From Spheniscus humboldti (Eukaryota), in NCBI GenBank assembly GCA_027474245.1, contig CM049887.1:20687762-20751761 (forward strand): 64,000 nt of DNA, in the 5' to 3' direction. Below, in pieces: positions 38,948-51,243 of the stretch. Each line of letters opens with the position of its first letter. The stretch's first letter is position 1. Position numbers and translations under genes: made by a program. Under the pieces are notes generated by a model. That model was not told the DNA's origin, made no database searches, and saw only the letters and a list, made by a program, of their open reading frames with translations.

Positions 38948-39086
38948 GTTTAGATCACAGCTTCCCAGTCAGTTAGAAAATAATACCATCTTACAGTATT
39001 GTCCACCTAAGATTCCACAAGAAAGAGAAGAAGTCTCTGTTGTAGTTTGCCATGTTAATAGTCCAAGTGATTTCTATCTCCAGTTG
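38948..39086 (+). CDS. RNF17: RNF17 exon, start of Tudor 2 ([47 protein letters not shown])
   Basis: Acceptor TACCTTAG| and donor TTG|GTAAGT. It aligns to human [48 protein letters not shown]. Confidence 0.85.
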
Positions 39087-39184
39087 GTAAGTTTAGAAAT
39101 AAGGTCTATTTAAATAAAACTCTGAACAAACATTTTACTGTTGAGCTACTTGTAGTTCACGTTAAATAAGCTACAATTTCCATT

Positions 39185-39345
39185 AACTTCTGTCACTTGA
39201 TACCAGTTTTAGGATTCCTAGAATTAATAGATGAGATTAATTCCTACAATCCTAGATTAGTCCTAGATTAATTCCAGGAATTCTTAGAATTCCAGAAAAT
39301 TAACATTTTTTTATCAGTTTTGTTACATGGTTAATTCCTATGTGG
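39185..39345. repeat. Degenerate tandem/low-complexity repeat built from ATTAATTCC / CCTAGATTA motifs
   Basis: The motifs recur: ..GATTCCTAGAATTAATAGATGAGATTAATTCCTACAATCCTAGATTAGTCCTAGATTAATTCCAGGAATTCTTAGAATTCCAG.. Confidence 0.6.
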
Positions 39346-39566
39346 GTATGTAGTGTTTTACTGTTTAGAGTGGTGATTGAACAGGGCAATATTCAACAAT
39401 TGTTAGGCTCTTTAATTCACTTTACGTATTCAGAACCACTGTTTAATTTGTGGGGGAAGACTAGGAAGTATGCTACTAGAAAAAATGTCCCTTAAAAGAG
39501 CAAAAATACCATTAAAAAAAAAAAGAACATCTGGTGTGTATGTATGTTTTGTTTTTCTTATTTTAG

Positions 39567-39720
39567 AGAGGTAGCCTGGATTCTTTAGATCTTCCAAAGA
39601 AAATTCAGGAGGTATATAAACATGAGTATGGGAAAAACTTAGAAATTGTCTGCCCAGTTGAAGGCCAAGCTTGTATTGCAAAACAGGAAGATGGGAATTG
39701 GTACAGAGCACAGATTATAG
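39567..39720 (+). CDS. RNF17: RNF17 exon, Tudor 2 ([51 protein letters not shown])
   Basis: Acceptor TTATTTTAG| and donor TATAG|GTGAAG. It aligns to human ..[39 protein letters not shown]. Confidence 0.9.
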
Positions 39721-40417
39721 GTGAAGTATTGATTCTTTCACTCTAATGCTAGGTTGCAAAATCAGATGTGGTACTAGGTCAGTCACACACTGGATATGAA
39801 TAGTCACAAACAGCCATTATTTTTACTAGGCATTCTTATACTAACAAGTAGGTTCATAAAGTCAGTAACACTAATTCATGTTCTATTCTTTTGCTATTAA
39901 TGGAGTGTTTTATACTTTTTTTTTTAAATAGAAGCAGTATACTTCATTTTCTATATATTATTGAAACTCTATAATATAATTATCTTAAATGTTTCACTTA
40001 CTATTACAGTTTGAACTACAGATTTGTCTATTATAGCCAACCTCTGGGTGTAACTAGTGTGGGTTAATGATTCCCCATAGTAATTCTGAAGGGGGTGGGG
40101 GGTGTACCTGTGCTGACCTCTATGTTGCCTGTATGGGCAGTGTAGCATGCCTGTATGCTGACATGTCTACTTGGCATGTATTTAATATGCCAGTGTCTCA
40201 TACAGTGATTAGATGGAAGGGGACTCTGTCATTTCAGGAACCCAAAAGAGCTGGCTTTTAAAGAATATAGCTTTTTAATTGGGTTATAGAACATTTGAAA
40301 ATTTGATATTTTATGATTACATGGTGTAAATGTGGATTTTACTCTGAAATTCTGGTGCTTTAACCTGTATCAGATACTCATTTTTTGTTTTAATAACTTG
40401 GGTTGTTTTTCTTGAAG

Positions 40418-40533
40418 GGCTGCCAAGTTGTCAAGAAGTTATGGTAAAATATGTTGACTTTGGCAACATTGCTAACTTAACTCTTAAAGACATACGCAGA
40501 GTAAAAAAGGAGTTCCTGAGCTTTCCAGAAAAG
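40418..40533 (+). CDS. RNF17: RNF17 exon, Tudor 2 ([39 protein letters not shown])
   Basis: Acceptor TCTTGAAG| and donor AAG|GTAAAT. It aligns to human [38 protein letters not shown]. Confidence 0.9.
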
Positions 40534-40778
40534 GTAAATTAGTGCTTGCCTGGATTAAATACTCAAAATTAATAGACTCTCAATGGATGGAAGGGGAAAG
40601 AGAGGGTTGTTAACATTCTGAAGTAAATAAAATGTTAAGCAAGTTCCTTTTCACATGGGTTTATGATGTGACTTATTTAATATGTTATGGGTGCACACTG
40701 AAAACTCTTAATTTTTTTGTATCATTCAGTTTTAAATGAAATCTAATGTTACCTTGGAGTGAGGAGGTGTATATACTC

Positions 40779-40791
40779 TGTGTGTGTGTGT
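40779..40791. repeat. Short (TG)n dinucleotide run
   Basis: CTGTGTGTGTGTGTG. Confidence 0.8.
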
Positions 40792-41475
40792 TTAATTCAA
40801 ATACCTTCTTTTACTCCACAGTAAGCCAAATTAATTTTTACACTCCTTCATTTTCAAATGATGATCTAATAATGGTCTTTTTTAAAAATTACATTTTTGT
40901 TTGTTTTATGGCATTTAAAGTTTGGTGTTTTCCTAACTTTAGGTATTGTAGGACTTTCCCTCTTCTGACAAGGAGAAAAACTGAGTGGGAAAGGAAATGG
41001 CAAAGTATTTCTGTCAAATAAAAAAAGCACATAAGTAGAAAATAATTCTTTTTCTTAAGCTGTTCTTTCGATAGTTCTGGTTGCCAACCATAATTATGCT
41101 AAACTTTAGAACTTTATATGTTGATAGGGGTTTTTTTAACCGATTGTAGGCACCAGAAGTAGTGATTGTTGTAACTAAGGTTGGCCAGCATCTTTTACTA
41201 AAAATAGGATTTAATTGTTTATGTTTTGAGCAGATGTTTCTGGGGGAAGTTTCAGCCAAAATAATTGAGCCTTTTTTAACAGCAAGGGAGAGGAAACATT
41301 CTGAAAATGGCAGAATGTATTTGCAGTTGCAATGTCTTAATGCTTCAGATCAGAGCAGCTAATGAATAAGGATGTTGGGATTTTTTCTGTGTGTTATCCC
41401 ATCGTTCCAACTGATAGCTTGTGACCAAATATAAATCCTCAGAAAAATCAGTTAAAGAGTTTGTCAGCTCTTAGA

Positions 41476-42935
41476 ATCATAGAATCATTAAGGTTGGAAA
41501 AGACCTCTAAGATCATTGAGTCCAACCGTCAACCCAACACTACCATGCCCACTAAACCATGTCCCTGAGCACCTCATCTACAGGTCTTTTAAATACCTCC
41601 AGGGATGGTGACTCAACCACTTCCCTGGGCAGCCTGTTCCGATGTTTAATCACTCTTTCAGTAAGGAAATTTTTCCTCACATCCAATCTAAACCTCCCCT
41701 GGCACAACTTGAGGCCATTTCCTCTCATCCTATCGCTTGTTACTTGGGAGAAGAGACCAACACCCACCTTGCTACAACTTCCTTTCAGGTAGTTGTAGAG
41801 AGCGATAAGGTCTCCCCTGAGCCCCCTTTTCTCCAGGCTAAACAACGCCAGTTCCCTCAGCCGCTCCTCTTAAGACTTGTTCTCCAGACCCCTCACCAGC
41901 CTCGTTGCCCTTCTCTGGACACGCTCCAGCACCTCAACATCCTTCTTGTAGTGAGGGGCCCAAAACTGAACACTGTATTCGAGGTGCGGCCTCACCAGTG
42001 CCGAGTACAGGGGGACGATCACTTCCCTACTCCTGCTGGCCACACTGTTTCTGATACAGGCCAAGATGCCATTGGCTTTCTTGGCCGCCTGGGCACACTG
42101 CCGGCTCATGTTCAGCCGGCTGTCAACCAGCACCCCCAGGTCCTTTTCAGCTGGGCAGCTTTCCAGCCACTCTTCCCCAAGCCTGTAGCGCTGCATGGGG
42201 TTGTTGTGGCCGAAGTGCAGGACCCGGCACTTGGCCTTGTTGAACCTCATACAGTTGGCCTCGGCCCATCAATCCAGCCTGTCCAGGTCCCTCTGCAGAG
42301 CCTTCCTACCCTCGAGCAGATCAATACTCCCGCCCAACCTGGTGTCGTCTGCAAACTTGCTGAGGGTGCACTCAATCCCCTCATCCAGATCATTGATAAA
42401 GATACTGAACAAGACCGGCCCCAAAACTGAGCCCTGGGGAACACCGCTCGTGACCGCCCGCCAACTGGATTTCACTCCATTCACCACAACTCTCTGGGCC
42501 CGGCCGTCCAGCCAGTTTTCGACCCAGCGCAGAGTACACCTGTCTAAGGTGTGAGCCACCAGCTTCTCTAGGAGAATGCTGTGGGGGACAGTGTCAAAGG
42601 CCCTACTGAAGTCCAGGTAGACCACATCCACAGCCTCTCCCTCATCCACCAGGCGGGTCACCTGGTCATAGAAGGAGATCAGGCTGGTCAGGCAGGACCT
42701 GCCTTTCATGAACCTGTGCTGGCTGGGCCTGATTCCCTGGTTGTCCCGCTCATGCCTTGTGAGCGCCCTCAAGATGAACCGCTCCATAATCTTCCCCGGC
42801 ACCGAGGTCAGGCTGACAGGCCTGTAGTTCCCCGGATCCTCCTTCCAGCCCTTCTTGTAGATGGGTGTCACATTGGCAAGCCTCCAGTCGTCCGGGAGCT
42901 CCCCTGTTAACCAGGACTCTTGAGCACGTACTACT
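41476..42935 (-). mobile_element. CR1 LINE, 5'-truncated (RT domain to 3' end), minus orientation, in an RNF17 intron; reading frame broken by frameshifts
   Basis: Minus-strand ORFs 42269-42871, 41870-42250 and 41552-41845 together encode the CR1 RT (..[51 protein letters not shown]..) and the C-terminus. The 3'-end signature AGAATCATAGAATCATTAAGGTTGGAAAAGACC is at 41476. The copy is ~95% amino-acid identical to the copy at 60420-62925. Confidence 0.9.
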
Positions 42936-44356
42936 AGGCCTCCTCACTTTGAACATAAAGGAGAAGGGGCTGAAGAGTTACAGGTACAGGTGGCTATATG
43001 ACTACTAGAGAATGGTCTGAAAAAACTTGAAGCCATCAGTTATTCTCAAATTTCAGTATTCTTATGCCATATATTGGTTATGGTGAAACACTCTGGCAAG
43101 GTGTTTACACCTGAAGTTTGCGTAAGAAATAACTTCCTGTTGCTATTAGTTTTAATGCAAGTAATAGAAAGATCAGCAGGCTTCAGTCTGCTTATGTGTT
43201 GCTATGGTTTCAAATCTTTTCTATTTCAAAAAAAAATTTTAAGAATTTAAAATTCTTTGAAGCATGAATGAACACAAGGTTGCAAAATCAAGCATTCAGA
43301 AGGTAGGTTGTTTGTGCAACCTATTCTGTTGCATGTAAGCATTGGTAAGTCTTCACACATGATCACATATTGCATTGCCTCAAATGTAAGTTGGCTATTT
43401 AAGAGATTTGAATTAGGCTGTTACAAGAGAGGTCGGACTTTTTTCAGCCCGTTAATACAGTTTGCAGGCATTGTAATGGACTTGGATGGTGCAGAAATCT
43501 TGGCCAAAACTGGAATGAGCAGTGCTTAAGATGGTGTTGGTTTTGCATTCCACAGCCCTTTCTTTTAATGGTTATTTAACCTGTCAGTCAGTCTTACTTT
43601 CATATTCCCAACTGCCTGTATCCTAAGAATGTCTGCACAAAACATTCTTATTTCTATTGTCTTTATTTCCTTTCTCTCCCTTTACCCCCACCTGTGGTAC
43701 TCTTTCTTTTGATGCAATAAACAAGAAGGAGGAAACAATAACATTCACAGTTACTTTAAAATTGAGCCATAGTGTAACCACCAAAGTTTGCAATGAAGGT
43801 GCTAAACAGAAATTCTTTTAATCAAAGCACTTAATCTCATCTGATTTCCTGTGTGTCTCTTTTTTTATGTCTCCTAATCAATACCTTTCAAAAATCTGGC
43901 AGGAATTTTCTGACATAGGTACTGTGGTGCTCTGGTGTCTCTGTGTTTAGTCCTTCAGACTTCTACAATGGTATAGTCATGTTAATCTTAGATGCTTTGA
44001 TTCTGGGTTATTACATCATGATAAGCAAAACAGGATGAAGACTTTATTTACCACCTCTCTGCAGTAATCTTTCCTGATCTCTGCAGCCAATTCTATGCCT
44101 ACCCATAAAAGGAGGCAAGGAGAAGTAAGCTCTTTCTATTTCAGCAAGAATGTATCTGAATTTGAGGTTCATGCTCAGCTGCCGGCAGGGAGGGGGGATC
44201 ATCTGAAGGCAAATCAAATAATGGTAATGTGGAACGACAAGCCGAGGTCATGCTGTCTTGCTGTCCTGCATGAGTGCAAAGCAAAGGCTGTGATTTGGCT
44301 GTAATGAGATGGTCTTGATATGTGATGGTAGATACATAATTTGAGTTATTCTTTAG

Positions 44357-44477
44357 GCAATCAGGTGCAGGCTGGCTTTCATTGAGCCTTATAAAGGGGC
44401 AAATGAGTGGAACAGAGAAGCCAAGGAAAGATTTGAAGAAATGACTGAAGATAAACTTATGCTGTGTTCAGTTGTTG
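44357..44477 (+). CDS. RNF17: RNF17 exon (AIRCRLAFIEPYKGANEWNREAKERFEEMTEDKLMLCSVV)
   Basis: Acceptor TTCTTTAG| and donor TTG|GTAAGT. It aligns to human [40 protein letters not shown]. Confidence 0.9.
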
Positions 44478-45232
44478 GTAAGTTATCGAGAGTGTATTAA
44501 TTTATATTTAAATATTATTAAATTAATTCAGATGTAGAAACATGCACTTTCATATTTTAAATAGTATTTATTTGAAATGCCTATGTTCATGCTTATAACA
44601 GGTAGCCTGGAGCGAGAATATCTAAACATGAACTAATTGGAGGAGACATAACAGATATAACTTCTGACAAAAGCTCTGTTTATGTCTTCTCTTGCAGACC
44701 ACTCTAGCTTTACATGATACAAATATCCTAGTTTATTAAGATGGGCTTGTTTCCAAAAGTACTAGCTATCCTTGACTCCTTCTGACTTTATTGGTATCTG
44801 GGAGTGTGATTGCTGCTGCTTTAAAACATCGGGGGGGTGGGGGGGAAGTCAGCTAACACATACATGCCTTAGTAGGATTTTTCTCAATACCATTTATTGT
44901 TAATATGCAGCTAGTTATTTTTCAACACCTGTGGAATGGTCTAATAAATGACCATCTAATAAATTTCATCTAATAAATGAAATACATGTAGCAGTTGGTT
45001 TCTTTGTACAAAAATATTTTGTAATTGTTGGTGTATTTTAAGTTAATTTTATAGGTATGTGCAAAGCTAAGCCTCTACATATCGTTGATGTTCAGAATCA
45101 ATTATCTTATAAATCAAATGTAGTTTTACAAAATTCTGTCTCTTAGTACCATTTGCTGTGTCTCCAAAACCATAAATAGTCTTTATACTGTCATTGATTG
45201 GCACTAATTATGTTTATATTATTTATTCACAG

Positions 45233-45350
45233 AAATTTTAGATAATAACATCTTATCTGTTGAACTCTCTGACTCCTCTGCTGTTCATGGAAGAAGCTTT
45301 AGTATTAACTGCCAGCTAGTTAAAGAAGACTTAGCATCCTACATACCTGG
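45233..45350 (+). CDS. RNF17: RNF17 exon (EILDNNILSVELSDSSAVHGRSFSINCQLVKEDLASYIPG)
   Basis: Acceptor TTATTCACAG| and donor CTGG|GTAAAT. It aligns to human [41 protein letters not shown]. Confidence 0.85.
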
Positions 45351-46199
45351 GTAAATAAGCTGTGCATAACTTAAGCATTTAGAAATACTGAATTTGTGTA
45401 ACAAAATTACTGGCTTTAGTATGTCACCTCCAATGACTGGAATTTACCACATTTGTGATAAATTCATTACAAATCACATCCATCTACTGACATAAGTTAC
45501 AGAGTATAACTCTGCAGTTTGGCATACTTGAGTTCTCAAACAAAATCTTGACTAACATAATTTATTGAAATTGATTCAAAAGTTGATGAAATGTTTTGCA
45601 TCATACTTGTAATGTGGTTAAGTGCCAAATCTTCCCAAACTGATAATAGTTAAGGTTCCCGTTCTTTGTAATAAGAAAAGAAATATCACTTGTGTATTTA
45701 ACCTGCACCTAAGGTAAGTCATGTCTTTGGAAGGTCTGTTACTAGAAAACAGATACTCAGATAACCAGCTACAACAGTGACAGACAGAAGAATTGGGAAG
45801 CCTGCTGGGGGACATGAGGCTGGGAAGGAGATAACACTGCTGCATTTAATTTGCTGGCTTTTTAAAAAGATAATCCATGGGCTGTATTAATGAAAATCAG
45901 TAATTATTGTTTCATTAATAATTTTTGAATACTGATAAAAATAAAAAGATTGTTAAATAGAAAGTTTTGATTCCAAAAGGAAATGCCTGAATTTGCTTTT
46001 TTCAGGAGGAAGCAAATAAGTGGATTTTCATCTCTTAGCTCAGAAATATAACTAAACCCTAGTAACGCTTTTCTTGTACTAGTCACAATTTTTAGTAAGA
46101 TTTTCATAAAGTTAAGCAGCTTTATTTAAACCTGAACAGCTGAATTGTTTTGTCACTGTCAGTAGGGTATTTTGTTGTGTTGCAGCTATACTTAGATGC

Positions 46200-47130
46200 C
46201 TGCTTGCGGCCTGCAAACAAGTGGGTATGTTAACTTGAATAGAAGTTGCTGTGTAACACTGATAACTTTACTAATGTGGATTTTTTGGTCACTCGCTCAC
46301 TCCCACTCCCCCTTCTTTTGTTGGACTGGGAAGAAAATAGAAGAAACAGGAGCAAGAAAACTCATGGGTCAAAATACAGACAGGGAAATCGCTTACGAAG
46401 CGGCAAAACAGACTTAATTTAATTAAACGTAATTAATTACTAATTAGCATAAATATTTAATTACCGATTCAGGCATTGGGACACACAAGACAAACATTTA
46501 TAGCACCTACCCTCCCCCTTTCCCGGGCTCAACTTCACTCCAAGCACCCCTCCTCCCCCCTACTCTGCGGTTAACACTCAGTCCCTTCAGTGAGGCAGTG
46601 AGCAGTGCAGGGGGTTGGGGTCAGGACACAGCAATTCCTCCCCACTCCTCCTTCCTTCTTGCTCTTTTCTTCCTGTGCTCCGGCGGGCCCTCCACGGGCC
46701 TCAGTCCCCTCAGGAGTGTGCCTCTTCCTCCACAAAATACCGTCTACTCTTCTGACCTTGGTGTTCCTTATGTTATTTCTCTTCTGTTCCCTCCTCTTTC
46801 TCCCTGGCGTTTTCTGCCCTTCGTTAAATTAGAGGTGCCACCAGCTTCACTGAAGGGCTCAGCCATGTCCTGTGGAGAGTTTGTTGCAGAGACGGCTGAA
46901 ACAGGCTGTGTCCACCATGGGGCAGCACCTGGCTTCTCTCAGAGGTCACCCCTGCAGCCCCTCTCCCCGGCTACCAACATCTTGCCATTTACACCCAGTG
47001 CGCCGTGTCTTTTAGTTGGAGTGATGTTTCCATTTGGAGGGGGGGGAGGAGGGCTTGTTTTGGGGGGGGGTTTGGGGGGTTTTGGCTTGCTTTGTTCTCC
47101 AGTGTGCATAGGTCTGTAGCCCTCCAGAGC
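46200..47130 (+). repeat. Related LTR-like or unclassified repeat, copy C, inside an RNF17 intron; proline/glycine-rich low-complexity interior with G-rich homopolymers
   Basis: 46290-46440 (CTCACTCCCACTCCCCC...GGGAAGAAAATAGAAGAAACAGGAGCAAGAAAACTCATGGGTCAAAATACAGACAG...TTAATTTAATTAAAC) is homologous to copy A at 4300-4400 in the same orientation. The sequences diverge downstream. Confidence 0.35.
47036..47084. repeat. G-rich homopolymer cluster (GGAGG G8 AGGAGGG..T4 G9 TTT G6 TTTTGG)
   Basis: GGAGGGGGGGGAGGAGGGCTTGTTTTGGGGGGGGGTTTGGGGGGTTTTGG, inside repeat copy C. Confidence 0.9.
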
Positions 47131-48641
47131 TCATTTGTCACACTTTCTCACTGAATTTCCCATTTGTGAAGATGTCTGCAAAAAGGCAAGAGACGGGTGA
47201 ATAATTTAAACCTGTTTTAGGTCATTTAGAATCACATTTGGGTTATGATTACTCTTCCATGTTTAATGCTGTTGAGGGATACCCAGGCCAGCTCTAAACT
47301 AGTATAAGACAATATAAGCAGGAGAGCACAGTGCTCCATTGAAGCTGACTTGCTGACACACAAACTTCAGTAACCTTACTCTTGCATTGGGATAGGAGGT
47401 AGTCCATACAGAATTCCAGGAAAAACCTCGGAATCTGAAGTTCATTCCAAATTGATTGTTTTTTCTGATGGATCTGCAATGATAATGCTATACTGGAGTT
47501 ACTAGAGACGGGGTTGTAAGACATTAACATGTATTTCACTTGGGAGAACGCTCCATGGCAGATTGCCTCTGTCCATTTCATAGTTCAGACTAGTTGTATG
47601 CAAGGTAAGCATATTCATGAGCTATGGTTCTACAAGTTAGCTGTTTTACCCAGCAGTTTCCAAATATCTGTATCAGAAAGGTTTGCATAAATAATTTTGT
47701 AGCAGTATGTAGTAGATGATTCAATACTTTACGGAATTTTCTCTCTGACAGAGCAGTTTGTTTCCTTCCCGTGAAGGAAAAGACAGGTGGTAGATCTCTG
47801 GAAACAGAAGAGTTTCTTCCTGGAGGCCCAGAAATGGCCAGCAGTTAAACTCATGCTTGCTGTCTCCTTTAGTCAGTGATGTTTACAAGAAGCCAGTTCT
47901 TCTGCATTAACAGGTGGTTTTTCAAGCTGCAATCTCTTAGTCTAGTTGGCACAATTCACGCAGACTTATACTAAGCTGGGCTGTCGCTCAAAATACATAC
48001 CAGCCAACTCTTGATTGCTGGTGGGCTTTATTCTATCCAGGTCACACAGTTTAAACAAGTTTTCATCAGGGTATTATCATGACCATACTTCATTCAGTAC
48101 TCTACTTAGGAAAGTGCTAGCACCAGTTGTGTTTGTATCCGCAGGGAATGCTAGAAAGGTAAATGTTTCACTAATGTTAATATTCTTTACTTCTGAAAGG
48201 AATATTTACACATCTTAGAAGTTGAATGTTGCAGCTTTCACCCAGAGGCAACATTGATTTCCAGAAGCATGGTATTAGTAATTTGCTGTCTTTTAAGCCA
48301 GATACAAAGATTAATGTTCAGCAGCCCATTTGTGTCAGGCTTGCTTTTCTGCTGGCAGCCTATATTGTGTAGTGCTTTCACCTATCAGTAGAATGTGCAA
48401 GGATACCTTCTGAAGGAGAATAAAAATAAGTTATGATCTTGAGTGTTTCAGAAGTAGCATTTAGAAATATTTTTGTCTTTTGTTGGGATTTTTTTTCTGC
48501 TTTTCTAAGTTATTGGTTATTCTTCACTCATCTTCATGTTGAATGATTCCTGTCATGTTGAACTGTGATTATTGAGCTCTTTTTCACTTCGTTTAAAATG
48601 TGTTTAAACTTTCCATTCTAATTATTTTATGCTCTTTACAG

Positions 48642-48863
48642 GTACGCTGAAAGTACTGTTGTAAGGCCCAATGAAATATGGGATGTTCCTCTAGAAGACA
48701 TTCCTGAATCCTCGGAAGCTTTAAATCCTATAGACATGGAATATGTGGATGAAGGAGATTTCAAATCACTTTCTAAGAAAGAGCTACAAGTGAGAATTAG
48801 TCATGTTGTGTCTCCCAGTAAGATTTTTATACAGTGGCTGTCATCAGAAAGTATACTGAAAAG
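48642..48863 (+). CDS. RNF17: RNF17 exon, start of Tudor 3 (..IWDVPLEDIPESSEALNPIDMEYVDEGDFKSLSKKELQVRISHVVSPSKIFIQWLSSESILK)
   Basis: Acceptor TCTTTACAG| and donor AAAAG|GTACTA. It aligns to human ..[64 protein letters not shown]. Confidence 0.85.
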
Positions 48864-49837
48864 GTACTAAAATTCAAAGAACTTTTCTCGAGTTAAGGCA
48901 TTCTTACTACAAACTGGTGAAGTACAAGTAGAACAAACTCTGATTAGGGTTGCATTTGGCACTGGGTACTCACTTGAATGCTGTTGACTTACCTTGCTTT
49001 GTTGAGGAAAGTATAGGAACAGAAGACAGATTGGGACTATGTTGTGGTTTATTAAATATTTGTGATTCCAAATTAAGTACATGATCTAACTTCTATTTCA
49101 AATCAGTTTTAATGTAGTAAGTATTGGGGCCTGATAAACGCAACGCTGCCCAGAAAGATTAAATCTTTCTGCTCTTTCTTCCTATTCTTTCATTAGAAAT
49201 CGTGTTAAATAATACTAGTATCCTAAGTCATAGAACTTCAAGCAAGTTATTTCTTTCAACATGATTCTAATATGCTGTTAGGAAAGTTTGCAGGCAATTT
49301 CTAGACATAGAGTTATCAACCTTCCTTTGGTTACCTAAGTATCTACTTAGGTAACATTTAGGTAATAGTGCGTACTGTTTGAAGACACTTCAATGGAATT
49401 ATCATTGCTTAGTGCAAGTTGGGTGTTTTCTGCCTCTTACTTCTTTCTTTCTTTCATGTTTTTACCTTCTTGCATGTAGCTACCTAGAGTCCCATTGAAT
49501 TAGTCATGACACTAAATGAGTACCACGCTCTCAATTTGTCGAGAGAAAATAGTGCATCTTTCAAATAGTGCTATACAGAAGGGTCAGGATCGCTCAGATT
49601 AATTCTGTTGTTTAAGAAAACATGATAGTTTTACAGAATGTTAATCAGATTGTATGTGTTTTGAAGCTCCATTTCATGCATTTCTAACATGACATGTAGA
49701 AAAACTACAATACTGTATGTCGGTTTAAACAGTTCCTAAAACTTCACTGTATGCTAGTTAAGCAGTAATGGACTAAATAAACAGTGTATTCACGGGATAA
49801 AATTTTATCACTAGAAAAGTGTTTTTTTGAATGTTAG

Positions 49838-49988
49838 TTTACAGGAGAAGATGGCTACCATCTACAAAGAATCCCAGCCACAGTCCATGAAGTGGGAAGA
49901 TAGTATGCACTGTGCTGTTTACGTACGTGATTTGAAACAGTGGCAAAGAGGTCAAATAAGCAGGATTGTCTCTGAAACAAGTGCAGAG
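49838..49988 (+). CDS. RNF17: RNF17 exon, Tudor 3 (SLQEKMATIYKESQPQSMKWEDSMHCAVYVRDLKQWQRGQISRIVSETSAE)
   Basis: The acceptor is GAATGTTAG| at 49836-37; this upstream AG is the one that keeps the frame, because the AG 7 nt downstream would create a stop. The donor is GAG|GTAAAC. It aligns to human [51 protein letters not shown]. Confidence 0.8.
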
Positions 49989-51124
49989 GTAAACCTGTTA
50001 TCATAAGAGGGTTCATACTTTTATTTCTAAAATTTGTAAGCATTCATTGATTAAAATAATGTCAAATCTTTGCTTCTTACTTCTGTGTTAATATTTTCTC
50101 ATACAGCCTTTTGCTTTTGTTGAGAGTTTAAGTTATGTTGTACATTGCTGCAAATAAGATTACTGTCTCATCAAAGCTCAGATGCCGTTAGCAGGGAACT
50201 TGGTAGTTGAGGAAGGCTCATGAGACTTTGTGTATGTTTATACTACACTTTGCAGCATAGCACAGATTCCCAAGCTATAGCCTAACAGTTTAGCTTAAAT
50301 TCCAGAAGCTGTATGAACCTGACGGTCACGTTAATTCAAACTTAATGATCCTTGCTAAAAGATGGAGCCAGTTGAACTGAGTGCAGCACCACAGCCACAC
50401 AGGTAGTCAAGCTGTTGCTTAAACCCTAAACTGATGGTGATGCACTGTGCCATGTAGGTGTAACATTTTCCACTGTAACTTCTCACACAGTGCTGCTTTA
50501 AACATGCGTTTTGTTACACTCACTTGAAAAGGGGAAGGAACATTAGAAGTGGCATTTTGTGAATAGATAACTACTTACCGCAAAAGTAAGAGTGGCTTTT
50601 TAATCATACAGATAATCCAGGACTGGATTACCATTGGTTCTCTCCACCATCATCAGATTATGCCCATGGGTCTTGTTAGTAGGAAGCAGAAGTGGGACTT
50701 TCTATACTTCTGGTTTGCATCATCTGCTTTCTAAAGCTAAGAGCTCTCAAACAGCTATTTAACCATGTCAGAATAAAAAGCAAGGGGTGGAGAGGAGCTA
50801 TTTCAGCATTTCTAGGTTTACAAATTTAAATGCACCAACATAACTGATGCAGGGGAAAAGAAATTTTCTTACTCAAGTAACAGCCTCTGTAAAGTTGTTT
50901 AACCCCCTTTGAGCACATTTGTGTGTTTTGTCCTCTTGGTACGCTGTGGTAGTCATTTGCGCTGTGTGACGGAGTACTTCAGTGCAAAGGCCATTCATTG
51001 AATCCTGGTGATGTTTGTTTGAATTTTGTTTACCTATTCAGGCATGCTTTGAATTACAGTTGGTTACAGATAACACTAAGAGTGTGTAGGGGGTCTGTTC
51101 CATTGTGTTTCTTGTCTGTAACAG

Positions 51125-51243
51125 GTGATACTTTATGATTCTGGAGCTGAAAAAACAGTGGATATCAGCTGTCTAAGAAAACTTGAGGAAAATATGAAGA
51201 TAATTAGGACATTAGCAATAGAATGTTCCTTGGCAGATATAAG
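51125..51243 (+). CDS. RNF17: RNF17 exon, Tudor 3 ([39 protein letters not shown])
   Basis: Acceptor TCTGTAACAG| and donor TAAG|GTAGCC. It aligns to human [39 protein letters not shown]. Confidence 0.85.

Noticed and set aside
41642-42430. 262-aa plus-strand ORF
   Set aside because: It is the antisense strand of the minus-orientation CR1 RT. The mirror-image antisense ORFs 61964-62443 and 61484-61813 occur in the plus-orientation copy.
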